From the NCBI GenBank assembly GCA_010356995.1, contig ML996706.1, forward strand, positions 377,789-441,788: a stretch of DNA of 64,000 nucleotides, given 5' to 3'. Below, one piece after another: positions 48,538-62,213 of the stretch (within the stretch, counting starts at the first letter, position 1; every line of letters begins with the position of its first letter). The notes beneath the pieces were generated by a model. That model saw only the letters and a list, made by a program, of their open reading frames with translations, had not been told where the DNA came from and searched no databases. The position numbers and the translations under genes were made by a program. Origin of the DNA: Trichodelitschia bisporula. Lineage: Eukaryota.

Positions 48538-50866
48538 GATTGCAGTTTGGTGGCTGTACTACTTAAATGCGTATGCGAACGACCGTGGCGTTTGAGGGTG
48601 GTATTGTTGGGATTCCGGGGGTGAGCCAGCGTGTCTGGTGAGGAGCGGACTGGCGCAGTCGCCGATGGATTGTAGAATTACGGAACGCTGGGTAACAGGT
48701 ATTGCAGAGTGCAGATACGATGGAACGCAAACGACCTGATCTAGACAAGTTCAATACGAAGTAAAGAGAAAAGCAGAACAGACTCTACGGCTGCACCCTA
48801 CCTTTGAAGCTACAAGCGACTTACTGCTCTCAATGTTTGGCTGGTATAGTGCTATCACCGGTATGAACGGCTGACAACTGTGATCTCGACACGGTGGGAA
48901 CTCGAGAAGGATATCTCAAGGAGGTAAAAGCTAAGCGTAAATCAACCGACATCAACCACAATTTCTTGAGCGAAAGCCCGAGGCTGATGGGATGGGAGAT
49001 CGAAGGTGATAAGGTACCAGGTACGTCAACGAACAGCACCGGGAGGTACAGGTCCTACGGCGCGGCTCTGGAGGAGAGGAGAGTTTGCAGATGAAGAGGT
49101 TCGTGGATCGACAGGGAACAAGTGGTTGGGGTGGGAGAGCCGGAGGTTGAAATACAAGCGTAATAGGGGGGAACGGTCTCCGGACTCGATCTCGCTGGAC
49201 GATACGCGGAGGTCGAAGGGTTGGCGGGAAGCAATGGTTGGGAGGTCCGGCAGCACTGTGGATCGAGCTCACAGCTGATTTGATCGTCGCTGCTGCGAGG
49301 TTGATCCCGTGCGCCGTGGGGGTTTCCTTGGGATGAGGTGGTTCGTTGGATCAGCGGAGGGGAGCGAGGTAGTGCTGAGTCTCTGCAGCTCTAGACAAGG
49401 TGCGGAGATGCAGGGTGGGGTAGGGTAGGTACTTTGTATGGTAAAGAGGGGATGAGTGGTAAGCTTTTTATAGCGCTGTCCAGTTCAACGGTGAAGATTA
49501 AGCCCTCACTGGAGAGCCTCATACGAAGGTTCTCGAAGAAATTGACAACGGATCCAATCGAACAAGGCAAAGCGAGGAGGGAAGCTCAGCTTGGGGAGTG
49601 GGAGGATGGTGATGTGGTGAATCAGATGAGGTGGTGACGTAGGATGTGACCGTCGTGCAGCAAGCGACAAACTTTGTTTCCAACAGGGAACAATGCGGGT
49701 AAGTAATTGAGTACAAGCAAGGCGACCTCTCGCGTGTACTTTGGTGAAGGTAAGCGTCGTGAGATGCAGACACGAATTGGCAGTGACCGTTAGACGTTCA
49801 CGGGCTGTGGAAGTTCAAGCCAGGGAGGCCTGGCTCAGCCAAATTCCCCCAAGGCTTTCCCCTCCCCCACAGCTCCGCGTGCAGATGCTGCTTCAAGCAA
49901 GGCGCGTCTAACATGGCCAATGGCTAATGGCGAGCTACAGTCCGCTGGAGATAACCTCACTACGGTACTTCCACTCACACATGCCCGCCTTTACCTAATC
50001 GCCAATTGACTTTTCTCTGCCTCAACTACGACTGCCGCTCGCTTGCTGGGCATTCGGGTGCGTTACACATGCATTATCTTTCGTCGGGAGCGTTGGGATG
50101 CGGCCGCCACTCGCGAACAGGTGATAGGCAGCGTGCGGGGTTCGCCGCCCGGTATGGTTAAGATTCCGGAGCGCCGTCCGATCCCGAGAGGTCCAATTCG
50201 CCGGTAACCATCATATGCGGGGCGTATCAAGGTGCATACCGTAGCGGGTCAAACTGTTCGCCGTTATCGAGATTAGGTTACATAGCCGAGACTGAAGATC
50301 CGTATGATGAGGTTGGATACGACGTTTGAGCTGTTCTGCCCAGACTTGGTGGAACGATTGTGGTGCCTTTTCCAGCTTCATGCAGCTCCAACGTGGGACA
50401 ATGTCCAACAAAAGCAATGCCATTGACTGTCGAACGGGATATCAATACTTTGGTACGTTTGTTGCCGGTCGATTGGGATGCTCATCGTCAACGGTTTAGA
50501 AGCGATGTACCCTTACGCAGTAGATATGAGCCTGGCGGGTCTAGGGAACCTTCCATCGAGGGTAGAATGCTCTGCCAAAGCTCTCCCACTGTCCACTCCA
50601 CAGCTTCGGCTAAAATGATCGTCTGGGTAGAACCCGCTCGACGATTACGGATTACTTCTTTCGTCACTCAATTCAACGGCTTCGGCATATGCCATGCCTA
50701 GGGGCCCGCTCGTGCAGTCGGCTCGCTTAGGAGACGCACCGTAAACTTCTTATCCGGGAAGTTGTCAACGGCCCGCTTCCACTGTCTCTTCGGCTTCAAC
50801 GGCAAACCCCTACCCGTCTCTACCTACAGTGCCGTAACGGCTTCTCGTCCAGAAAAGAAACAAACG

Positions 50867-52017
<1,151 letters not shown>

Positions 52018-52150
52018 GGAGTGGCGTAAAAAGAAGCATATCCGAGCGTTTGGGACTTGTATGCAATGCAATGGATTTGCCACGCTTTTATGATACCCTT
52101 CTGGGACTTCTTGGTCCAAGCATATCTGGCGCCAGGCCGATTTAGTGAGC

Positions 52151-54122
52151 TTAGCTGTCAATAACATGGTTTGATTTGGTTCTCCTCGGCATGCAGCTGC
52201 GTGGTACATCCAACCCCCCGCCAACCCAACTTTTGCCGCTTACCTTTGCCAACTTGACACGTACCACCATGTTGTCAATCGGTTTGGACGTGACCTGTCT
52301 CCGCTGCACATCGTTAGCACACTTCGTCCCAAAATTTCGGCGGACTTACGTTAAACATCGGCTCAACAACCTCATACTTCCCCTTCGGCCCCACAACCGG
52401 CGCCCCATCCTCCCCGCACCTCACCCTCCCAATCCCCACCTTCTCAAACTCAAACCCGCGCGCCACCGCCGCCAAAATAACCCTCGCCTCCAAATTCGCC
52501 AATTCCTGGCCAATACAATTCCGTGGTCCGCGCTCAAACGGCCGCCACGCGCTGGGGGGCACGCTCCTCCCACTCTCCTTCTCCCCTTTGCCAGGTAGGG
52601 CTTCGGCTTCGAACCCGTACTCGGCTTCCATGCTAGTGTCTACGTCGCCCAGCCACCGCTCCGGCATGAATTCGTCTGCGCTCTCGCCGTACACCTTCGG
52701 GTCGCGCATGATGCTGTAGTGGTTGACGTACAGCACCCATCCGTCCACGCATAGGTCGCGCCCGTCTGAGAGTCTTAGTGTGAGTCCTGAGCCTGGGAGG
52801 CTGCGCCGTGCCGAGGCTGCGGCGGGGTAGAGTCTCAGTGTTTCCTTTATGATGGCGGACGTGTACGTGAGCCGGCCTAGCAGGTCTTCCTTCCCAGATA
52901 GGAGCCGTGTCGCGATGGAGGCGAAGTCGGTTGCGGGACCTAGGACGTGGTCTAGCTCATCGGCGAGGGCGGTGCGGATCCGTGGGCTGAGGGAGAGCTC
53001 GTAGATTGCCCATTGGAGGGTTGTGGACGTGGTATCGTGCCCTGCGAAGAGGAAGGATTTGACTTGGTCGGCTGTTGTTTGGAGGACGTCGGGGGTAAGT
53101 TCGGTGATGTCTTGCAGGGAGAGTTGGATGACGCTGCGCCCTTTTGAGGGGTGCCCTGCGGCACGGGCGGCGAGCTCTTCGGAGAATTTGGTCCGGATGA
53201 TGACTTTGAGGGTGCTGTCGACGCGGGCGATGAGGCGTGGTTGTTTGCCCCAGCGGTTCCGGAATCGGTTTACCGGCATGGCTTCGGAGGAGTCGTAGGT
53301 TTTGAGTAGGGCGGCGTAATCGGTCATTAGGCTGTCTTGCTGCCCCTCTGGGAGCTGCGCTTTGAAGTCGTGGTCTAGGACTACGGCGGCTGGGGGGGTT
53401 GGTACGGAATTTGAAGGGTGTGAGGGAGCTTACCGATGATGTCGAAGGTGAGGCTTGTGCAGAGCTTCTCGAGCTCGAACTCTTCGCCGCTTTCGGCGAG
53501 CTTGGTTAGGCGGTTGGTGAACATTTCGGTCTTGGAGAGGATTTGTGGGAGGAGGGTTATGAGATGGCTGGGTGCGAAGCCGGGATTGAAGCGTTTGCGC
53601 AATGCTTTCCAGTCTTCGCCGCCCTGGGGGAGTTAGATATGGAGTTCAGGCCCGAGGTATGTGGCTCACACACCTTGTTCGATATGATCGAGGTGTCGCC
53701 GATAAGCCCCTGGATTGCCTCCATGGTCGCGGACTTGGGCGTGCTGTACTTGAACAGCTTCGACGGCTTCACGATCTGCTCGGCAATCGTGTGGTCGTTA
53801 ATGATCAGGAGCGGGTATCCGAGCGCGGGGCGCATGTCCAAAGCCATGACTTCCGGCCTCCCGGCAAGCTTATGAATGTCCTCAAAGACATAATCTACAG
53901 CCGAGTTAGGCGGTATCACTAAGCTGCAGAGTACGAACCAGAGTGCCGATTTGGGTTGCCTTTGGCCGTGTACTCGCCCACCAGCTTCAAGTGCCCCCAG
54001 AAGACAGATATTGGGGGTTGAGGGAAGCCCTTGAGCTGCTCGATGCGGAGACGGTAGAGCCATTTGTAGAGGAGCCAAATGCCTATTGGAGTCGCGAGGA
54101 GCACAAGCTGGAGAAGCCCCAT
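52151..54122 (-). CDS. Cytochrome P450 monooxygenase, multi-exon (3' end approximate)
   Basis: N-terminal anchor, RKRFNPGF, FLFAGHDTTS (I-helix), ETLR, PERW, haem motif PFERGPRNCIG. Confidence 0.93.
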
Positions 54123-55054
54123 CGTGGAAGCGCGTTGCGCGAGCGGCTGAGGTGCCGCGATCTGGTTTGGGCAAAGACGCGACGGCTTCAAAGATCCCAC
54201 TACAAGATAGGCTCAATATTAACAGAGGAAAAGAAGTGCAGAAGGAGGGAACGTCAATCCCATCTTAAAGTTTCAAGGCATTGAAGTCGCGAACCGATGC
54301 AGCAGTCTAGTATGAAGGGAGGCTAGAAACCGCCCAAATGCAAGCCTAAATGCCATACATGGTAGACGCCATAAAAGCGCCCGCAGCAATTCCTGAGCCT
54401 AATTGGCCTGTCGTTCGGATAAGAGGAGCTCCGGGATGTCTAATCGGTACGATATTCGTCGGCCGGCTTAAGGCCTCCGGCGCCTCTTTGCTCGGCCATG
54501 CGAGATCGCTTAGGAGGTCGGGCGGTCTAGCCTTATCCATGATTGCCGCAACGGTGGTGTGGAAGTAGGGCTTCATATGGGGACATCTGGGGATAGAGGA
54601 CGTCAATTCCTTAAGTGATGTTCACGATACCCGAATGCCTGGGTGTGGGGATGTTGTATATCAGCCTGAGATGAGGCGTAAAGATTCTGCGTCCATTAGG
54701 CCCCGCCTCGTTGCCGGTATTTATCCACTTCGGCGGTACATCCATAGTGTGAAGACTTCCCTCAGGCGGCCGGCTCCATGATTTGATTCCATAATTCTTT
54801 GGACTGTGGTATACAACCAAGAACGTAGCACTGAGTTCATTTGTTTAGCTTTCACTCACGTCAGGACGATGGCGTACACCGACGACGCTCTGTACGGTAC
54901 AGGTAATGAGGATTAGAGTCGCCTTGGTTGGTTCGGATGGTTTCCAGGAAGCAACCCGAGTGACGCACGGACCTCTGGGTGGGGACGCACGGTAAAGTTC
55001 CCCAATGACAGCATCACCGAGTGAATCATTGAGTGCATTCTTGAGCTCTTCTCA

Positions 55055-56228
55055 ATGCCTCCACGCCTGCCTACTTTCAGCTATTTGAAGAAAGCAATAG
55101 CACTGAGACAACCTGGGATATCAGCCAGACGTTGGAGATCATATCTCGCGCCTCCCTTCCTTCTCGATGACTACATACCGCGTTATCAGCTTCTCTCGCC
55201 GCAAGATATCGTAGAGAAGCGAGCGGAGGCTGAAAAGCATCTGCGCAACTGCAACCTTTGCCCCAGATTATGCGGCGTCAACCGGTACGAGAAAACTGGA
55301 GTATGTCTGATTGGGGCGAAGACCGTGACAGTCAACACAATTGCCCCACATTTTGGTGAAGGTATGCAGTGCTCTTGCGGTTTGGAATGAGGACTCAGCT
55401 TGGCTAGAACCGTGCCTTCAGGGCACAAATGGCTCGGGATCTGTCTTCATGTCCGGTTGCAACCTGCGTTGCGTCTTTTGCCAGAACCACGACATCGCAC
55501 ACCAGCGGAATGGCTTTGAACTCACTCCGGAGGAGCTTGCCCAGTGGTACATCAAGCTACAAGAGTTTGGGAACGTACACAACATCAACATCGTAACTCC
55601 GGAGCATGTGGTTCCACAGGTTGCATTGTCCATTCTACATGCTCGTGAGCTCGGTCTCCGCATACCCATCGTGTATAACACAAGTGCCTACGACTCCCTG
55701 GATTCAATCAAGCTGATGGACGGCTTGGTTGACATCTATCTTCCCGACTTCAAGCTGTGGGAGAACAGTTCTTCAAAGCGACTTCTCAAAGCTGACAACT
55801 ACACCGAAGCAGCGAAGGAAAGCATCAAGGCCATGCACGACCAAGTCGGCGATTTGTGCTTCACTCCGGATGGCATTGCTCAGAAAGGAGTCTTGGTACG
55901 ACATCTGGTCATGCCAGGGAAAGAGGATGAAGGAGAAAAGATCGTCAAGTGGCTTGCGGAAAACGTCTCCAAGGACCTCTTTATTCACATCATGGAGCAG
56001 TACCACCCCGACGCGCATGTTGGAAAGGGAAAGCCATCCTCGGCTAAAAGCGGACCAGTCGAACCAGGAAGAACGCCTTCGTCAAAAAAGGTAGCCGACA
56101 AAGTGAGGTATTCGGAAATCAACCGACCCGTCAGTGATGAGGAGATGAGCACGGTCAAGAAGGCTGCAAAGGAAGCGGGACTGTGGCGCTTTGTCGAAGC
56201 GGCGGAACATGGAGGATTCAACCTCTAG
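55055..56228 (+). CDS. Radical SAM Fe-S protein, PflX-like (2 exons)
   Basis: CNLCPRLCGVNR, APHFGEEPCLQG across intron 55362-55408, CxxxCxxC (CNLRCVFCQN), HNINIVTPEH, DIYLPDFK, VRHLVMPG, MEQYHP. Confidence 0.92.
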
Positions 56229-56745
56229 CGACACACTTTTGAGCCTCGTTCATTATGTGATGATGCTACCAGGGACATGTCGCGTTCTGAACTGGTCGAA
56301 CCACACCACGCGCCAGCGAGTGTTATAGACAAGGAGAAGATGGTGCCAATTTGGTTAAAGAAATGAGAGGGGAGAGCTCGTCAAGGCCGTTCCAATCCCC
56401 GCCGAATATTCACTATTTGGATGATGGGTGATCCAAATTGTGGATAATCGGTAGGGATCATGTGTCTAGTGACAGTATGCGCCCGAGGTATGTCATGCAA
56501 CGCGGAACTGCACTGTTCTTACCCCGCAGACGGCTGACATGGACAAAGAAAGCCTCCAAAGGATCGCGAGCTGCCTCGATGCATGCGTTCCAGAGGATAG
56601 CAGCCAAGGACAATCGACTTTGTCTCCAGGCACAGCTTGACGCAAGACAAGAAATATTCAGCGTCCTGGAGGTTAATACCTTCAGATTCCGCTGAACTGG
56701 CATGTTATCTCGCATCAGCGTCATCACTGGTCCCCCCAGAACCAT

Positions 56746-57726
56746 ATGACACCGTCAATTTCAAGTGACGCCGGCGGGCTCAGCGATACTCACTCACCAG
56801 CCGAGATACGGAACTACCTTCTCTGGTCTCGGGACCGAGCCAACGTCATACTCAGTCGCACGGAAGAACGATTCGGGAACATTCTGCAAGACCTCCAGGA
56901 TACGAACATCAAGGGACAACGGAGACGGGAGCTGAAGCACGATAAATACTGGGCTAAGCGGCGGCTGAGTCACCATTACAATGAAGTTGCAACGCTAATC
57001 CGAGCCCTGACCCAGCTGGAAAGCCAACAGCTGAATGCCCGGACAGCTAGCTACGGCACTTTTGGATGCTACCCCCAAAGTCTCCCGCCTCGTCGCCTGT
57101 CCTTACCGTCCCTGGATGGTCGCCTGAGTCAGCCGGAAACCGGGTCTGAACAGTCTTCAGGATCCGGATGGAGGGGCCATGAACGACCTAGTGGGAGCTA
57201 CTACAGCGGCTATGTCCAGATGGTGTACTGGGACGCTGCAGAGGGCTGCTACAACACAGGCTATTTCCCCCTCGACCCCACCCTAAGCACTCAGGACTGG
57301 ATGCCAGATCCCTTCTCTAGCCCCGGTCCCGTTCAAGGCTGCCCGCCGTGGGGTCAATTCAATGACTGGCGCTTCCCCACACCTCCTCGTAACCCGAACC
57401 AGCAGCCTCTTATCCCTAATGAAGTTGTTGATATCTCGACTCTGCACCTCTCCCCGCCTCCTGCTTCGAGGAGCATCTCCCCCACGGGGAAACTGGCCTC
57501 CCCCGGGTCCGGAGACGCGCAGCCGCCACGCAACCGCTCTATCTCCGACTCGGCCATGGCAGCCGACTTGATCCGCTCACGGCTGGAGACGGACTCTACA
57601 GACAAAGGGCGTCGGCAGGACCGGTGGAGTGTGCCGGAGGCTTCTTGGAGGCGATGGGCTCATGCGGTTGATGGGGCAATGGAAAGCGTGTGCGAGGAGG
57701 GAGTGGGATTGCGGCATGAGCATTAG
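56746..57726 (+). CDS. Hypothetical protein (N-terminal helical region, Pro/Ser-rich tail)
   Basis: 326-aa ATG-initiated ORF filling an otherwise empty interval; no recognisable domain. Confidence 0.65.
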   Translation: MTPSISSDAGGLSDTHSPAEIRNYLLWSRDRANVILSRTEERFGNILQDLQDTNIKGQRRRELKHDKYWAKRRLSHHYNEVATLIRALTQLESQQLNARTASYGTFGCYPQSLPPRRLSLPSLDGRLSQPETGSEQSSGSGWRGHERPSGSYYSGYVQMVYWDAAEGCYNTGYFPLDPTLSTQDWMPDPFSSPGPVQGCPPWGQFNDWRFPTPPRNPNQQPLIPNEVVDISTLHLSPPPASRSISPTGKLASPGSGDAQPPRNRSISDSAMAADLIRSRLETDSTDKGRRQDRWSVPEASWRRWAHAVDGAMESVCEEGVGLRHEH

Positions 57727-58862
57727 GACTAGACTGGAGCACATATGTGAGGTTGCGGGAAGCACTGCCGCGATCTTGATTATGATGCATTGCGGGTAAT
57801 GCTGGCATACCATCCGCTATGGATATAGAATTGACATGAAGTTTCTCAATTGCGATTCGTTGACGAGCAGACAAACGTTGTTGCGACATCAGTAAACTGT
57901 ACCCGTAAGCCCTTACAATGAGGGGTGGGAAATTTGAACTCGACAAGTGCCCCACTTCACGTGCGAAACCTCCCACCTGCGACAGGGTTATGTAAAAGGT
58001 CTATTAGGGCCTGGAAGGTGAGCACATGAGCTCCGAGTTAAATCCTCATGGGTTGGACGCGGGGGCGTGTGGGGGTGAGAGCGCAAGGGGCACCGGCGCC
58101 GCGGGGAGGAGCTGAGGTGGTGTCGCGTGCCTCGTCTTGAGCTTATATCTGTAGTGGTGTAGAAAGAGACAACATGATGACGTTGAATGCCAATTGCTTT
58201 GATTCACGATGGAGCAGAATCAACCGAGTCCAAGCTCCTCCACAGCGACCCCACAACCCCCACGGTGTCCTCAAGGCCCAGTTTCTTGGCCAACAAACAG
58301 CGTCATGTGCCCCTCAACAATTAGCAAATTACACATGCGACACACCTGCAGGATGAACGTCGCTTGGCTGTACCGTAGTTCTAGTCAAGAGGCACACAGA
58401 CAATTGAAGCGAAGCAATTGCCACGAACAAGTGGTGCAGGGTGGATCGCAGCTAACCTTACCACAACATTCACACTGGAGACACTCACCATCTCCATACG
58501 TTAACCCAGCCCTGCCCTTATCTCCCTCACTTCCCCGCCATCCCCGAGATTGATCCTCGTCTCCGCTCCTCAACGACCATCGTACCCGAACCCGCAAGCT
58601 CCGCGTTTGTTCAACATATTCGCGACCAGAGCTTAGCGCCGGGTCCGGTGTCGGCGTAGGGCCAGCTCAACCACGGCCCCATCTCCGACTCCAGTCCCAC
58701 GGAAGCCCGAATCCCTCTTGCCCAGATTCTATTTCACCTTACCGTACCCGTACCCATTGCCGTCCGTCGTCGGCCGCTCCAAGTCCGAATCTCGAGCCTT
58801 GCCGATCCGTCTTCCCACAGCCTTCCGCGCCTGGGCTTGCAGCCCCCAATTGCACTGCCAAC

Positions 58863-61800
58863 ATGGAGTCTGAGCTGCGGGAACGTATCCCGCACTCTGA
58901 CGCCAACAATAAGAGTTTGGAGTCGCCAAATGGAAAGAAGCGCGTAGATTTTGCTGCCGATGAGGAGACTCGGGAAGATGCCAAACAGAAGAAGACTTAT
59001 GGCAGGACACCGGATGGCACAGGTATGGCTTCATCTCCCCTAAATGGGCGTTGGATATGCAAGCAGCCTAATACTGTGCAGTCTTCACCGTCCCGCATAC
59101 CCATGACATGGTCTCGCAGCTTCTATCCCCATGGGAGCCCAAAAACCTGTCGGACCTCTTCATCCTCGTCGTACTCGCCGCGCATATATCCCTCCTCTTT
59201 TGGCTCCCGAAGAGCTGGCAAGTGCCCATCCTGCCTGTGATATTCTTGTTCTGGCGGGCATGCTACAATGCAGGCATTGGTATCCTACTCCAATGGCAGT
59301 CCAACGACCGCCGACTCGTCCTCTGGGCGAAGAAGTCCAACATCTTCGAGAACCCCGCCACTGGCAAGAACCCGCATCCTAAGGTTTATGCTCTCATCAA
59401 AAGCGAAATGGAGACCAAGATCCCTGAGGACTACAAGTTTGAGGAGGCTCCGGTTGAATACAATACCTGGCTCGTGTTCCGACGCGTGGTGGATGTGATC
59501 CTCATGTGCGACTTCATCTCCTACTGCGTCTTCGCCATATCATGCGCCGGACGGCCTGAGGGCGAGGGCATTTTCTTCGGCTTGAGCCGCTGGACCGCTG
59601 GCATTGTGCTCTTCCTGTTCAACGTCTGGGTCAAGCTCGATGCGCACCGCGTAGTCAAGGACTATGCTTGGTATTGGGGAGACTTTTTCTACCTCATCGA
59701 CCAGGAGTTGACCTTCGACGGCGTCTTCGAAATGGCGCCACACCCGATGTACTCTGTGGGCTACGCTGGCTACTACGGCATCTCGCTCATGGCAGCAAGC
59801 TATAAAGTGCTGTTCATCTCCATCATAGCCCATGCCGCCCAGTTTGCCTTCTTAACCCTTGTCGAGAACCCGCATATCGAAAAGACGTACAACTCGCCGC
59901 CACCCCGGAGACGCTCCATCCAGCTCAATGGCGACACGATGTCCGAAGCGCAAGATTCCGACCCTGAGAATAGCGAGAATACTGGTAACCTGCCGACGGC
60001 TGTTCACAAGCTTCTGGGACTGCATAACACGGATTTCCACCGGGTGACGGACGTGGCCATACTGATCTTACAGTTTTACATCTTCACCTTCGCTCTGGTC
60101 ACGCCATCAACCGGCTTCTATCAGATCTTCTTTACGGCCAGTGCTGTCCTCGCGCGGTTGTGGTTCTCGCTTGGAATCGGCTTCATCCTCAATCGCCAGT
60201 CGAACAAGAAGTCGTGGACGCGTCATTTCATCAAGTTCGGAGAAGACTCGACTGAAGCGTGGCGGCAGTGGAAGGGTGTCTACCATCTGAGCATGACACT
60301 CTGCTACGCCACGTACATCGCAGCTGCTTGGAAGATGTACCACCTGCCACCAGACTGGAGCTACGGCATGGTGCTTCTGCGGCATGTCATCGGCATCGCA
60401 CTGATTGCGCTGCATCTATGGACCGTGTTCAGCATCTACGAGTCACTAGGCGAGTTCGGCTGGTTCTACGGCGATTTCTTCTTCGACCATGCGCCTAAAC
60501 TTACCTACAGCGGCATCTACCGCTTCCTCAACAATCCCGAACGCTTCCTCGGACTAGCTGGCGTGTGGGGCTTCGCGATCATAACCTGGAGTAAGACCAT
60601 TTTCTTCCTCGCCTTTACGAGCCATCTCCTCACCCTCCTCTTCATACAATTCGTCGAACGCCCCCACATGGAAAAGCTCTACGGCGAAACCATGCGCAAA
60701 GACTCCGGCCTCTCAAAGAGCATCCGACGCTCCCTCCCCGCCCCCATCCGCCAATGGCAACAAGGCGTCGACAGACGCATCGAAACCGCCGCCGACTTCC
60801 TCGAAGAAATGATCGAAGCCGCCGGCCCCAAACTCGCTGCCGGCGTCGGGCACATCGTCAAAGACTCAAAAGACCTCTTCATGTCCTACCCCGCCAAAAT
60901 CAACATCACCCAGGTCGCAAACGACATGACGGGCTTCGACCCCGCGGACTACGAGCTCGAAGTCGAAGGCACGCCCGCCTCGTGCCAGGCTGAACTGGAT
61001 AGGCGTAGCGGTCGCGAAGGCGTAGATGGCCAGCAATCCCCCGCCGCGACCTCGGATTACAAAACGCCGCTGTTCGAATACGGCGCCCCGATCACGGTCC
61101 GCTGGTCTGCGCCGCACAACCACGGGCGCAAGGACTGGATCGGCTTGTACATGGTCTCGGACAACGCGTCGCGCGAGGTGTCGCGCGTGTCCAGCCGTGG
61201 GCGCTGGATCGCGACCAACCCCGGCGAATACGACTCCGCGCGCGTCGACGAGGGCATTCTCGTCGCGGACGCGCCTGTCCTGTCAAGGCCCGGGCGCGTC
61301 CAGGGCGAAATGACCTTTGCGGGGGATAAGCTGTGGTGGACGACGGGCGTGTTCGAGTTCCGGTACCATCACGACGGGAAGCACAATGTCATGGCCATAT
61401 CCCTACCTTTCGAAATCCGCATCAGCCGCTTCGATGAGGATGACGTCGAGCTCGACGCGAGCGGGAGTATGCGCGGGGCCGTTGAAACGGCTCTGCTGCC
61501 CGTAGTACGCAATTGTCTCGATCGCGATCCGGATATTGCGCCTGAGACGGTGGAGGAGCCGTTTGGGGGGCTGGTGGAGCGAGAGGGGAAGTATGCGAAG
61601 CGGATTGTGTTCGCTGTGCAGCATATGTGAGTTCCCACTCTACTGGCCGCTGAGGCACGGATTGATCAGTTTAGGTTTGGTATCGAGTTCGCGCCCGAGG
61701 TGGTGCAGGCGGATGGCAATGTCAAGAACCTGGCGTGGCGGATATGCAACGCGAAGAAGGTGTTGGTGAGTTTTATTCTGCGCCGGTGGCGCTTCACGTA

Positions 61801-61888
61801 CACATGGGCCATATTCTTATTCTTCACCCCCTAGGCGCCTTACAGCATGTCCACTCGTGGAAGATCGACTCCTACAAACAAGTATTAA
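58863..61888 (+). CDS. CHO2: Phosphatidylethanolamine N-methyltransferase (4 exons)
   Basis: [104 protein letters not shown]. Stop 61886-61888. Confidence 0.96.
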
Positions 61889-62213
61889 CCACACACTAGG
61901 GAGCGCAGTTCGCAATGCTGCCGTTGGATGGCCCCGAAGTTCTTGTTTGACTGCATAGCTTTGTTGTTGAAAGGGCTCAGGGTACATTGTGACCGGGTCG
62001 ATGGCTAGAGAGGTCGGAGTACATGCATGGTGGTTGTATTCACCTAGCTAGCTAGTGATCATCTAGATAGGCAGCATGCCGGCAGCTGGCATGATATGAG
62101 GAGTACATAGACTGGAGACATATGTACAAGAGGATTCAGATCATGAAATGTGTCATCAGGCATAAGCCATAAAGGTCCTCATCAACCTCCCCACCATGCT
62201 CCCGCTCACCGAT

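Noticed and set aside
50140..50210. tRNA-like stretch ending in CCA
   Set aside because: No acceptor stem and no canonical TTC T-loop; it cannot be folded as a cloverleaf.
57958..58340. CACGTG/CACATG E-boxes as inositol-choline response elements upstream of CHO2
   Set aside because: Only hexamer cores match, which is expected by chance.
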